Assembly: GCA_001816585.1 (NCBI GenBank)
Contig: MHCJ01000003.1
Location: forward strand, 348,228-412,227
Length of the DNA stretch: 64,000 nt
Reading direction: 5' to 3'
From: Candidatus Chisholmbacteria bacterium RIFCSPHIGHO2_01_FULL_52_32
Lineage (GTDB): Bacteria; Patescibacteriota; Microgenomatia; UBA1400; Chisholmbacteraceae
In this document: piece after piece, positions 49,995 through 59,323 of the stretch
Numbering within the stretch: the first letter of the stretch is position 1
Layout of the letters: the number at the start of each line of letters is the position of its first letter
Notes under the pieces: generated by a model
Seen by the model: the letters and a program-made list of their open reading frames with translations, nothing else
The model's database searches: none
Told to the model about the DNA's origin: nothing
Made by a program: the position numbers and the translations under genes

Positions 49995-50171
49995 TGAATT
50001 TCGCATTCAATGACATCAGAGGAGAGCGCGGAACAAATTTCGCCGGTCGCATAGGCCAGCCCGCCAGCTGGCGGGCTGGTATGAAGTACAGCAAACACGT
50101 GCAAATCATGTCTGCACCGTTTGCGACCAAGAAATTTCCGTTACGCGATCTCCGAAGTAAGCGAAACTTCA
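49995..50171 (-). repeat. Structured intergenic repeat, copy 3 (177 bp)
   Basis: TGAA-TTTCGC/GCGAAA-C-TTCA ends; internal palindrome CCAGCCCGCCAGCTGGCGGGCTGG with a compensatory pair change. Confidence 0.92.
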
Positions 50172-50193
50172 GTCCTGTATACTCATCCTACCG

Positions 50194-51306
50194 ATGAAGC
50201 GTGTACAGAGCGCGTTCGTTTTGGTTCTGGTTTCAGTCATTGTATTGCGGATGGCTTTCATCTTTCTCCGCACCCCTTCTGTTTCAATTGACCATGAACG
50301 CCTTCGGTCCGTCTGGCTCCATTCCCAATACAACCTTGGGAAAGGATATGAGTTCTTCGGAAACATGCCAGACGAAGACCTGTATGCTTTTTCCGCACTC
50401 GAGTACGTCTCCGGGAAAAACCCGGTCCAGGTCAACTACGAAAATCCCCCGCTCGCAAAATACCTGCTCGGTATTTCTTACCTTGTATTCGGCAATATCC
50501 TTGTGGTTCAATTCATCGCCAGTTTTGGGATTCTTCTCCTCACGTATTTGCTCACCCGCCATCATTTCCTCTTGTCGCCCATTGCCTTCCTCCCTCCTCT
50601 TCTATTAGTGGTTGACCCATTGTTTGTGAAGGCCAGCACAACCGTTAATTTGGACCTTATTCAATTGTTCTTTGCGTTGGTTGCTCTCTACCTTCTCACC
50701 CTGCGACAACGGTCCCCCTTCCTTCTGTTCTTTCTCGGTTGTGCTATCGGCGGGATCATGGCCAGTAAGGTGTTCTTCGTTGGGCTTCTCCTGCTTGTCT
50801 ATTCCAGTTTTGTTCTCTGGCTCAATCGCACACCCAGATTGTTGAGCTCGATTGTACCGGTTTTCATCGGATGTTTGCTGGTCTATCTTGGGTCCTATGC
50901 GGTCTATTTTGCCTACCGTTCTCCTTCGGATTTCCTCAAGCTCCATATCGATATCATCCGTCTGTACCGCTCGTATCTTCCCGAGTATCCTTGGTTTGAG
51001 ATTTGGAGAATCTTACTGGTTGGGCAATGGCGTACGTGGTTTGCCAAGCCTTCGATTCAACCCGTTGCCGAATATTGGCTAGGCTGGCCTATTGCGGCCG
51101 TTCTTTCGGGGAGTCTGCTTTTATCAAGGCGGGCTTTACGGCTTCCTTGGCCGCCGTCAACCATACTTTTGGGGTGGGCGCTGGCCTATCTTCTGTTCCA
51201 GTCCGTCCATGTGGTTTTTCCCCGGTACCTTCTCCTGGTTTTACCTATTCTTTATGCTCTTTCTGCGATTCGCATCTCGACTTTGCCTCCCAAGATTCCT
51301 TCGTAG
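50194..51306 (+). CDS. GT-C-like membrane protein, opposite strand to the locus
   Basis: Multi-TM; DE.LY, NYENPPLAKY (PMT-like HPP region), SK, FPRY. Confidence 0.75.
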   Translation: MKRVQSAFVLVLVSVIVLRMAFIFLRTPSVSIDHERLRSVWLHSQYNLGKGYEFFGNMPDEDLYAFSALEYVSGKNPVQVNYENPPLAKYLLGISYLVFGNILVVQFIASFGILLLTYLLTRHHFLLSPIAFLPPLLLVVDPLFVKASTTVNLDLIQLFFALVALYLLTLRQRSPFLLFFLGCAIGGIMASKVFFVGLLLLVYSSFVLWLNRTPRLLSSIVPVFIGCLLVYLGSYAVYFAYRSPSDFLKLHIDIIRLYRSYLPEYPWFEIWRILLVGQWRTWFAKPSIQPVAEYWLGWPIAAVLSGSLLLSRRALRLPWPPSTILLGWALAYLLFQSVHVVFPRYLLLVLPILYALSAIRISTLPPKIPS

Positions 51307-52370
51307 ACTTTGAGCGTTTGCCGGGCGGTTTCGTCCCATGAGAACTTTTCTGCTTGGGCGATACCTTTGGCGCGGAGTTCTTCACTTCTTTCCAAAGCTA
51401 CCCGTATTCCAAAGGCAATCGCCTCCGCGCTTTCGGGATTAACGGTTGCCGCTGCACTGCCGGCGATCTCAGCTAAGCTCCCGCGGTCGGATGTCAGAAC
51501 CGGACAGCCAACTGCCATCGCTTCAAGGACGGGCAAACCGAATCCTTCATAAAGCGAAGGATAGAGAAATAAGGAGGCACCGGCGTAGAGCGCCGGAAGA
51601 TCCTTGTTCTCAACAAATCCAATTGGCTTAACACCGGGTACTGGCGTTATCTTCTCTCCCCAGCCGAAGCGGCCGGCAATCACAAGCTCCTGATCCAATT
51701 GTAAGATACTGTAGGCTTCAATGGTGCGCTGGATGTTTTTCCGCGGTTCATGAGTGCCCACGCTTAACAGGTACTCTTTCTGAATCCCGTATTTCTCTTT
51801 TACTTCGCGGACGGTCGTATTCCTTGTGTTCTCCATCGCCTTCCGAAACTCGGAGAACTCCGGAGGTGCGGCCAAATACACCACCACGACTTTCTTTTCA
51901 GGAATATTGAGGATTTCAACGATATCCTGTTTGGTTGCTACCGAATCGGCGATGACTGCCGCTGCTTCTTTTTTTACCCAACGCAGTCCGGCCTTGTACG
52001 CTGCTCTGGTTGCCGGAAGATGTTGCTTGGGAAATTTAAGCGGGGTGAGGTCATGGATAGTGGTGACGATTTTTGCCTTCTTTGTCGGAGGCTGAATGTA
52101 ATCCCAGGTATGGACAATGTCGCAGCTCCCTGTCAGAGTTTCAACCGGCAGAATATGCAGCATGTTCCAGAGAAGCTCCATCAGCTTCGGCGGAAAGGGT
52201 AACTTTTTTTTGGCCATGGTTAGCTTTCCGAAACTGCGGAGCGAGTAACCAAAGGGGATGAAGGTATGTTCCTTTCCGTATAAAAGGAGTTTCGGGACAA
52301 GGTTTCGGTAGTAGGTCCCGACACCCGATCCCTCATAAATCGTGGCGGTCACGTCGATTGCGATTTTCAT
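51252..52370 (-). CDS. GT4 glycosyltransferase
   Basis: MKIAIDV, TTIHDL, VGTHEPRKN, PSLYEGFGLPVLEAMAVG. Confidence 0.92.
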   Translation of the reverse strand: MKIAIDVTATIYEGSGVGTYYRNLVPKLLLYGKEHTFIPFGYSLRSFGKLTMAKKKLPFPPKLMELLWNMLHILPVETLTGSCDIVHTWDYIQPPTKKAKIVTTIHDLTPLKFPKQHLPATRAAYKAGLRWVKKEAAAVIADSVATKQDIVEILNIPEKKVVVVYLAAPPEFSEFRKAMENTRNTTVREVKEKYGIQKEYLLSVGTHEPRKNIQRTIEAYSILQLDQELVIAGRFGWGEKITPVPGVKPIGFVENKDLPALYAGASLFLYPSLYEGFGLPVLEAMAVGCPVLTSDRGSLAEIAGSAAATVNPESAEAIAFGIRVALERSEELRAKGIAQAEKFSWDETARQTLKVYEGILGGKVEMRIAERA

Positions 52371-53758
52371 GGTTTCAGTTCGTAATGCCAAACGAGGACC
52401 CCGTTAAAGCCCTTTTCCTCTGTTTTTTGGTACCCGTTGTCATTAAGCGTTTCTACCAAGAGATCCTTCGGATCGAAGATCTCTGCTACATATTTTACAA
52501 GGAAAACGTGCTTTGGGTTATTGTGAAGATTGAGGGTGCTTGGATCCTCGACCTTAACCTTCCCGTTGTTATAGAACTCAAATCCTGCGGCTTGGGCGAG
52601 GTTTGGGAAAAGGACGAGGCTTTGATCTTTAAATACGAAAACGAAAGAGGCGGCAGACCGCCAGTCTTCCCGATGAAATCGAGCAATTCCCAAATAGGCT
52701 GCCGTCGAGATGATGTTGGTCAGTAGGAGTATCGCGATCAGCGGTCCTCTGAAGATGAAGCGGAATTTCCCCAGGCCATAGGAGAGCATAAGGTAAAACG
52801 CAGGCAGCACAAACAGAAATCGGAAGTAGGAGAAAATCGGGACCTTCAAACCAACCAAGGCCCCGGCGGCAAGCGGAACCGCCAGCCAGCCTTTGATTAC
52901 ATGAAGATGCTTTCCTTTTTCCATCAGGGTTCTTGCGAGACCCAAGCCTGCAACAACCGTTGGAAGCGACAGGACAAGGGCATACAGGAGATTGTTGTCA
53001 ATCGAGACGCGGCCGACGAGAAATTTGACCGGTACAAGAAGCGCGGATTTCAGCGTCAGTCCTCCAACCACTTCTCCCCAAGCGGGGAAGTTTGCCGCGG
53101 TTGTAATGCCTTGCCTTACTTGTTCAGCCAGCATCGGCCACCATGGGAAAAGCAAAAACAGCGCCAATGCGGTCATCCCCGGCGTCACCACAAAAAAGAA
53201 CGGGAGAAGGAGCCAGGGTTGGTAATCGGAAAGAAGCATCAATACGAATGAACTAAGAAACAGCAGTTTGTTCTTTCGGGAGGAGTCTTTGCGCAGATTG
53301 AGAAGGGTAAGCACAGCCGAAGCTGTCGTTAGGGCTGCAAGGGCGTACATCCGGGCCTCTTGCGAGTAGTAGACGTGAAGGCCGGAGGTTGCCAGAAAAA
53401 GCGCAGCCAGGCGGGCGAAAGAGGCATTTTCCTTCCAGAGCTTCTGACCGATCTTGTAGACAACCCAAACGGTCAGTACACCAAAGACGACGGAAGGGAG
53501 TCTGGCGCTCATTTCCGAGACGGGTACGGCTTTTAGCCAAAGCCAAAGGATGATGTGATAGAGGGGCGGATGAAAGTCGCCTTTCGTGTAATTGAGGATA
53601 AGATCAGTAAAGCCTCTGTCACGGGCAGCTGTGACGTTAATTGCCTCATCAAGCCAAAACGATTGGTTTATGGCAATCATCCGCACTAGGAGAGCCAGGG
53701 CCAGGATGCAACCGATTACCAGGTCTGTTTTTTTCTTTTCTTCTTCTTTATTTGGCAC
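52367..53758 (-). CDS. GT-C (PMT-like) membrane glycosyltransferase
   Basis: QSFWLDEA, DFHPPLY, RLPSV, YYSQEARMYAL, REDWR; GTG 53758 taken as start. Confidence 0.85.
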   Translation of the reverse strand: MPNKEEEKKKTDLVIGCILALALLVRMIAINQSFWLDEAINVTAARDRGFTDLILNYTKGDFHPPLYHIILWLWLKAVPVSEMSARLPSVVFGVLTVWVVYKIGQKLWKENASFARLAALFLATSGLHVYYSQEARMYALAALTTASAVLTLLNLRKDSSRKNKLLFLSSFVLMLLSDYQPWLLLPFFFVVTPGMTALALFLLFPWWPMLAEQVRQGITTAANFPAWGEVVGGLTLKSALLVPVKFLVGRVSIDNNLLYALVLSLPTVVAGLGLARTLMEKGKHLHVIKGWLAVPLAAGALVGLKVPIFSYFRFLFVLPAFYLMLSYGLGKFRFIFRGPLIAILLLTNIISTAAYLGIARFHREDWRSAASFVFVFKDQSLVLFPNLAQAAGFEFYNNGKVKVEDPSTLNLHNNPKHVFLVKYVAEIFDPKDLLVETLNDNGYQKTEEKGFNGVLVWHYELKP

Positions 53759-54587
53759 GACTTCTCCCGAAGAGCATACTGATGATTCCGAGATTGGTTG
53801 CGAAATCCACCACGACTTTAAAGGGTAAGAATGACGGGGATTTGTACCGGATGGCCTTGACAAGACCCACAACCAAGGAGAGTGGGAGTGAGGCTCTGAC
53901 GAGGGCGAGAAGACTGCCAACGATCCCGAGTTTGTAAGGTCTTTTTGCCATCCAACGGGCTTGGGAAAATACCTCCCGGAGCGTCTCCGGGTTGCTGTGG
54001 TAGAAGACTGCCCCTTCGGCATGCGTTGCGGGGATGCCGAGTTTTTGGGAAAGCGTCCAGTCATCGGTGTAGCCTGCCTTCGGGTTAAACCCTCCGGCTT
54101 CAAGAAACTTCTCCTTGCGGATGGCACGAAATACCGGCTGGGTATCCGGATAATTCTTCGGATGCATTCTCCCCTCTGCAAAACCTCTGTTTAAGGACCA
54201 ATAGCGCGCAAAGCGGTTATTCAGGTTGGAAACGATTTCTTCTTTGCTGAAGGTGCCGACTGTTTTTCCGTCTCGGATCGGTGCGCTGAGGCGGTCGATA
54301 AATCTGCGGTCAAACGTCATATCCGCATCGACAAATACCAGGATTTCTCCGCGGGCTTTCATTGCCCCTTTGTTTCTGGCTGCACCCGGCCCACGATGAT
54401 CCTGTTTGACGAGCCGAATGCCTTTTTGGGTTTTGAGTATCTTTTCCGTCCTGTCGGTCGAGCCGTCGTCCACCACTATTATTTCCAGAGGTTTGTAGGT
54501 TTGGTTGTTGAGGGAGGATAGACATTCCCCGATCACCTTCTCCTCGTTGTATGCCGGAATCACGACTGAAACGAACGGGTTATTCAC
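53748..54587 (-). CDS. GT2 glycosyltransferase
   Basis: VSVVIPAYNEE, VDDGSTD, GAARN.G, FVDAD. Confidence 0.92.
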   Translation of the reverse strand: MNNPFVSVVIPAYNEEKVIGECLSSLNNQTYKPLEIIVVDDGSTDRTEKILKTQKGIRLVKQDHRGPGAARNKGAMKARGEILVFVDADMTFDRRFIDRLSAPIRDGKTVGTFSKEEIVSNLNNRFARYWSLNRGFAEGRMHPKNYPDTQPVFRAIRKEKFLEAGGFNPKAGYTDDWTLSQKLGIPATHAEGAVFYHSNPETLREVFSQARWMAKRPYKLGIVGSLLALVRASLPLSLVVGLVKAIRYKSPSFLPFKVVVDFATNLGIISMLFGRSRAK

Positions 54588-54663
54588 GGATTTACCTCTC
54601 TCGAGTACGCCGTTGCAGCAAAAGATGGTACTGTTGAGACCATGTTACCACCAAAGATAGCTA

Positions 54664-55764
54664 TCACTTTCCATCCTCAAGAGAGGTGAGGATGCGTTGA
54701 TACGCCTGTTTGACCTTCGTCCAGCGGAATTTGGAAAAGGCGGAGCCGATGGCCGCTTTTGTTTTTTCTTCATTCTCGCTTCCGAGGGTCCGGCTAAGCG
54801 CATTTCGGTAGGCAAGGCTTACCGTCGGATCACAGAATACCCCGGCTCCTTCGAGCATCCAGCGATTCCGCGGCGTGTCCGTGGTAACGACAAGTTTGCC
54901 TGCCGCCAAGCTTTCAAGAAATACCATGGGTGAATTCTCCTGAGGGTCAGAGGGAAGAGTTACCAGATCACAGGCGGCGTAGAAGGAAGGCATACGATTA
55001 TGGGAAACACTCGTCAGTAAAAAACGCTTTCCCAGTTTTTTTCTTCCCAAAGCGAGAAGTTTATCCTCAAGCGGCCCTTGCCCCAAAACAAGCAGGCTTG
55101 CGTCCTTCAACCCTGAAACCGCCTCGATTGCAAGCTCAATGCGTTTGTAGGGAACCAGCGCTGCCGGACAGAGGATGATCGGTTTTGATAACGGGAGGGT
55201 TTCCGGTTTGGCCGCCTGATATGGCCTATCGTCTATTGCATACGGGATAAGCTCCACCCGAGTCCACGGACAGGTGCTTTTTGCCCATTCGTAGGCAGGC
55301 ATCGTGGTTGCCACAAAGACATTTGGGTGGAGATAGAGGTTGAAGCGTTCATCCCAACCCGGTCCGGAGTGGCCGGTTGTAAGGATTTTGTAATTCCCGA
55401 AGGGTGGGCAGAGCATGAGAAGAAAGAGCTGCCAAAATCCGTTCATGGGGATGACAACCTCGAAACTTTCTCTGGTGAGCCTTGGTATTACTTTCCGGGT
55501 GAAGGAAAATATTGCCCGATTCGCTTCGTCCAAGAATAGTCTTTTGAGAAGATTATCTGGAAATCGAGCCGGAAAGGACGATTGAGGCTGGACGGCAGGG
55601 CTCTCGATCCTGTTCACGGTAATGTGCTCTTCACTGGTCTTCTGTCCTGCTTGGAAAAAGACGACCTCATGGTTTTCCGAGAGGCGGTTTGCAAGTTCAT
55701 GGCTAAAAGATTCTGCACCCCGTTGGTTGATGCCTCCGTAGATATTTAAGAAAGCAATCTTCAT
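54664..55764 (-). CDS. GT4 glycosyltransferase
   Basis: RGAE, LVPYKR, GQGPL, PS..QENSPMVFLESLAAG; ATGA-coupled start. Confidence 0.88.
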   Translation of the reverse strand: MKIAFLNIYGGINQRGAESFSHELANRLSENHEVVFFQAGQKTSEEHITVNRIESPAVQPQSSFPARFPDNLLKRLFLDEANRAIFSFTRKVIPRLTRESFEVVIPMNGFWQLFLLMLCPPFGNYKILTTGHSGPGWDERFNLYLHPNVFVATTMPAYEWAKSTCPWTRVELIPYAIDDRPYQAAKPETLPLSKPIILCPAALVPYKRIELAIEAVSGLKDASLLVLGQGPLEDKLLALGRKKLGKRFLLTSVSHNRMPSFYAACDLVTLPSDPQENSPMVFLESLAAGKLVVTTDTPRNRWMLEGAGVFCDPTVSLAYRNALSRTLGSENEEKTKAAIGSAFSKFRWTKVKQAYQRILTSLEDGK

Positions 55765-56567
55765 GGAACGATCTTTCTTTTCAGTGCCCGTAACGGAGTT
55801 GCGACCAGCGCCATAAGTCTGTCTTTCGTTGAGAACTTTATCCAAGGAGAGGGAACGATAGACGGACGTGCTGCAAAGAAGATATCCGGAAGCTCGCTTC
55901 GGTTGGCTTTGGTTCCGATCTCGAGTTTGTACTTCTTCTTTCGGTCAATAACTTCAGTGTCGGATGAGGTTCGAAGGAGGTGAGTCACATGCCAGTAGGC
56001 AACGTCCACAAACGCAAGGTGGTCGTCTTGGCCGTTTAAGGGATTTCCTTTTCCGTCGCAGTAGGCTTCGTTCGGGTACACGCCCTGCCAACGGAACCCC
56101 GGAAGTTTCCTGTAGGCGCGGATGGTCAGATGTCCTTTCCTCCCGAGCAGCTCGTACCTTCCCGCTTCCTCCGGTTGGAAGTGCCAGACGTCGCCGACGC
56201 AATTTCTGGTGCGGACAACGATACCCCAGACCTCTGCGGGGGCTGTTTCAATCGCGGCGGCGAGTTTGGCCAAGGCTGGCTTCGGCCAGATTTCATCCCC
56301 GTCTACCAAAAGGAACCAATCCGTCTTTGTCCTCTTAAGCATCTCATTTCGCAAATTGACGAGCTCTTCCCTGGATCCGGCTTCCCTCTCCTCCACCACC
56401 AGCTTATTTGCGCGTATTGTTTTTAGTATGTCAAGCGTTCTGTCGCTTGATCCGGTATCAACAACCAACACTCCGTCTACCGCCGGCAAAACCGATTGCA
56501 CGGCAAACCAAATCCAACGTTCCTCATTCTTCACCAACATGTGAGCGGTGATGCTTGTCTTTTCCAT
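55761..56567 (-). CDS. GT2 glycosyltransferase
   Basis: VKNEE, VDTGSSDRT, LRN, WFLLVDGDE. Confidence 0.88.
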   Translation of the reverse strand: MEKTSITAHMLVKNEERWIWFAVQSVLPAVDGVLVVDTGSSDRTLDILKTIRANKLVVEEREAGSREELVNLRNEMLKRTKTDWFLLVDGDEIWPKPALAKLAAAIETAPAEVWGIVVRTRNCVGDVWHFQPEEAGRYELLGRKGHLTIRAYRKLPGFRWQGVYPNEAYCDGKGNPLNGQDDHLAFVDVAYWHVTHLLRTSSDTEVIDRKKKYKLEIGTKANRSELPDIFFAARPSIVPSPWIKFSTKDRLMALVATPLRALKRKIVP

Positions 56568-56568
56568 T

Positions 56569-57834
56569 TTAGCTCCTGCGAAGGCGATAGACGGTGTAAC
56601 TTGCGAGGATCCCGAGGCAAAGAAACTGGGTAATGAGAAATGCCAAGGCTGAACCCGATTCTCCCAAGCGAGGAACCAAGATGAGGTTTGCCGTCACGAC
56701 GATGGCTAATTGAACCAGTGCGATAATGGCAAAGAGTTTGGTTTTTGCGAAGTAATACAAGAGAATTGCGGTAAACGGAGCTTGGAAGAAGAAGGCTGCG
56801 TAGCCGAGAAACAGGATGCGAAGCACAGGTACGGACGGGGCATACGCGCTCCCGTAGAAGAGTTGAATGATGAGTCTTGAGAACGGAAGAAACGCCAGCA
56901 TCCCAATGGTCAGCGCACCGAGTGCGACGATTGCTTTTTTGACATAGGTTTTGGCGGTGCGGTCTTCCTGGAAGGTCGAAAAGCGCGGGGCAAGGACCGT
57001 GGCAAGGGAACCTGCCAAGTACTGGACCGGAGCGAAAAGCCTGAAGGCTGCGGCATAGTACCCAACTGATGCTGTCCCCGCGAGATTCCCGAGGATGAAA
57101 TTGTCGATCCGGCCAGCCACCGCCGCAAGGGCGAAACCCACGGTGAGGGGGAGATTGTAACCGAAAAGTTTTCGGGCGATCTTGAGATCACCTTTTGTTT
57201 TGAGAAAGGCCGTCGGCGCCATAAAGAGAAGGGGAATGGTTGCCAGCGGGATGACGAAGAAGTACACCACAAGTGCGGATACTGTCCCGAGGCTTAAGAA
57301 GAGGAGGAGGCCCAAGATCCCGAGCATCCGAAGCAAAGGAAGAAGAACCATACCTATCCCTGCTTTCACAAACTCCTTGCGTGCCTGAAGGTGCGCAAGG
57401 CTGAAGGTGTACAACAGCTGAAGACCCGTTCCCAGACCGGTGAGGGAAAGGATTTGAGGCATTGCCTTCCCAAAGGCGATCATTGAAAGCGGAGCGGCAA
57501 ATATGGACGAGAGCAAAATGAACCCTAAGCCGATGGCGAGCTTCACCTTGAGGATTAACTTGAGATACTTCTCTTCCTCGCCGTCAGTTTTTTCAATTTC
57601 GGCGGCGACAAAGCGGACCAGAGAAGAGTTGAGGGCTATGTCGAAAATATCGGCGAGCATAAAGCTTAAAGCGGTAGCCAGCGAGAAGATGCCGAAGTTC
57701 TCCGGCCCCAAGAGACGGGCTGCGAGAATAAAGAAGACCGCCGCAAGGAGCGCTCCTCCGCCTGTTGCGACCGTCGTTACCATGGTATCTTTTGCGGTTT
57801 GGGTTTTAAGGAGTGGAATCAGTTTCCGGTACAT
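56569..57834 (-). CDS. wzx: Wzx-type oligosaccharide flippase
   Basis: About 12 TM; ARLLGPENFG, RID..ILG, VGYYAAA, LFYG..Y, N.ILVP..G..G.A. Confidence 0.85.
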   Translation of the reverse strand: MYRKLIPLLKTQTAKDTMVTTVATGGGALLAAVFFILAARLLGPENFGIFSLATALSFMLADIFDIALNSSLVRFVAAEIEKTDGEEEKYLKLILKVKLAIGLGFILLSSIFAAPLSMIAFGKAMPQILSLTGLGTGLQLLYTFSLAHLQARKEFVKAGIGMVLLPLLRMLGILGLLLFLSLGTVSALVVYFFVIPLATIPLLFMAPTAFLKTKGDLKIARKLFGYNLPLTVGFALAAVAGRIDNFILGNLAGTASVGYYAAAFRLFAPVQYLAGSLATVLAPRFSTFQEDRTAKTYVKKAIVALGALTIGMLAFLPFSRLIIQLFYGSAYAPSVPVLRILFLGYAAFFFQAPFTAILLYYFAKTKLFAIIALVQLAIVVTANLILVPRLGESGSALAFLITQFLCLGILASYTVYRLRRS

Positions 57835-59323
57835 CAAGAGCCTCAACGCTTATTGTACCAGAGATATCGGAGATCGTGACTGCCTTCTCTGGGAGTTCCC
57901 TCGGCAATCTTCGTTCGTAGAGCCAGAGGAATTGCGGATCAAGGTAGCTCTGGACGGGTTCTCTCTTAAGATAACTGAATAAATACCGGTATCCGTAGAG
58001 TCGGCAGGGATCATCGCTTTCAACCGAGAGTGAGAACGGCTCGTTTCCGGCCATGGCAATCGCCTTCTCCACCGCTTCCCGCTTGCGTGAGAAACCGTCG
58101 CTGTGACGTGCCGTCAGGAAGGCGCGAACATTAAGGGCAACTACGACCATCACCGCCCCCAGAACAATCCATCCTGACCTCCCCGATTTCTTGAGGATAG
58201 TTTGGGTCAAGGCCCCGATGGCGAGGAATACTGCGGGAAAACCCGGCAAAAAGTAGTACTCGCTCAGCTGTCCAGGGTACCAACTCGACTCAGGAGCCCG
58301 CATTCTGTACCAGGCGAGGGAGAGGACGTTTAAGAGGAGCGTTGCCAGCAGCAGCCGATATGAAGTTTCTTTCCGTTTGGTCAAAAGAAAAAGGATGCCT
58401 GACAGGGCAATTCCTTCGGCGAGCAAAGGGGGTGAAGACCTGGTCCCGGCGTAGGCCGGGCAAAGGGTCAGTTCATACGCGATGTCGCGGTTCGGAGGCA
58501 TGTAGACTAATCTGCCCAAGGTTGTGAGGGTCAGTTTCCCGACTTCGGATGAGGCTTGCAGGAAACCGATGGAAGATGGTGCTTGAATAAGCATTCTCTG
58601 CAGGGCCTTGGCGTTGGTAAACCCGTGGCGGAGTTCAAACAACACAAGCGGTGCTTGAAAGACGGTAAACAGGATGATCGCGCCGACGATATCCCGTTTT
58701 GCGACGGGCAATCTGAAAGAAAGCCAGCTTACCACCACCAATAGCAGAAGGACGCCGCTGGTCATGTGGGCGTGAAAGGCGATTGCCAGTGCGATCGCCA
58801 ATAGATAGGCCCATTTGTAGCTTCTTTGCGATATTTTAAACAGACAATAGATGGTAACGAGTGATAAAAGCGGAATGGGTGAAGCGTTCCAGTACTTCCG
58901 GTCGTAGAGGACCATCAGGAAGGAACCTGCGGAAAACAGGGCTGCAAAAAGCCCGGTTCTGCGGTCAAACAGTGTTTTCCCGACCACGAATGTCGCAAGA
59001 GTTGTCGCGACACCCATCGCAGAAACAATTGCCGCGATCCCAACCGGATTTCCCCCCGCCACAAAAAACGGGATTGCCATAAGCCAGACAAACAACGGCC
59101 CCGAATAGAGCCCTGTTCCCGATATGTGCCCTCCGATAAGCGGAAGGTGATAGCCCGTTGCGACGTTGAACGGAAGGTATGACCAAAACTCCTCGTCCAT
59201 CGTCCAATGGAAAAGTTCCGTAAGCTTTGAAAACCTGAGGAAAACAGCCAGAAGGAGGATAACGATCAGAGGAAGAACGCTTCCCGTTCTTTCCTTATGC
59301 GTCTTCTTTTTTGGCTTTTTCAT
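57806..59323 (-). CDS. GT-C fold membrane glycosyltransferase
   Basis: Multi-TM; LRF...MDEE, LIG, GPLF, R..WN, LFELRHGF.N. Confidence 0.75.
   Translation of the reverse strand: MKKPKKKTHKERTGSVLPLIVILLLAVFLRFSKLTELFHWTMDEEFWSYLPFNVATGYHLPLIGGHISGTGLYSGPLFVWLMAIPFFVAGGNPVGIAAIVSAMGVATTLATFVVGKTLFDRRTGLFAALFSAGSFLMVLYDRKYWNASPIPLLSLVTIYCLFKISQRSYKWAYLLAIALAIAFHAHMTSGVLLLLVVVSWLSFRLPVAKRDIVGAIILFTVFQAPLVLFELRHGFTNAKALQRMLIQAPSSIGFLQASSEVGKLTLTTLGRLVYMPPNRDIAYELTLCPAYAGTRSSPPLLAEGIALSGILFLLTKRKETSYRLLLATLLLNVLSLAWYRMRAPESSWYPGQLSEYYFLPGFPAVFLAIGALTQTILKKSGRSGWIVLGAVMVVVALNVRAFLTARHSDGFSRKREAVEKAIAMAGNEPFSLSVESDDPCRLYGYRYLFSYLKREPVQSYLDPQFLWLYERRLPRELPEKAVTISDISGTISVEALDVPETDSTP

Noticed and set aside
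49939..50130. N-terminal extension of the GT4 ORF
   Set aside because: It mostly translates repeat copy 3; the GT4 fold starts at MRIGVDG with a -10 box just upstream.
46453..50171. Repeats as a CRISPR array, canonical attC sites or 6S RNA
   Set aside because: Units are too long and separated by whole genes, with no cas genes. AAC/GTT is present but RYYYAAC/GTTRRRY and L-box spacing do not fit, and no intI is seen. Three copies with a branched apex are unlike 6S RNA.
53759..54181. 604-aa version of the GT-C ORF
   Set aside because: The extension overlaps the GT2 gene in another frame; GTG 53758 gives a normal N-terminus.
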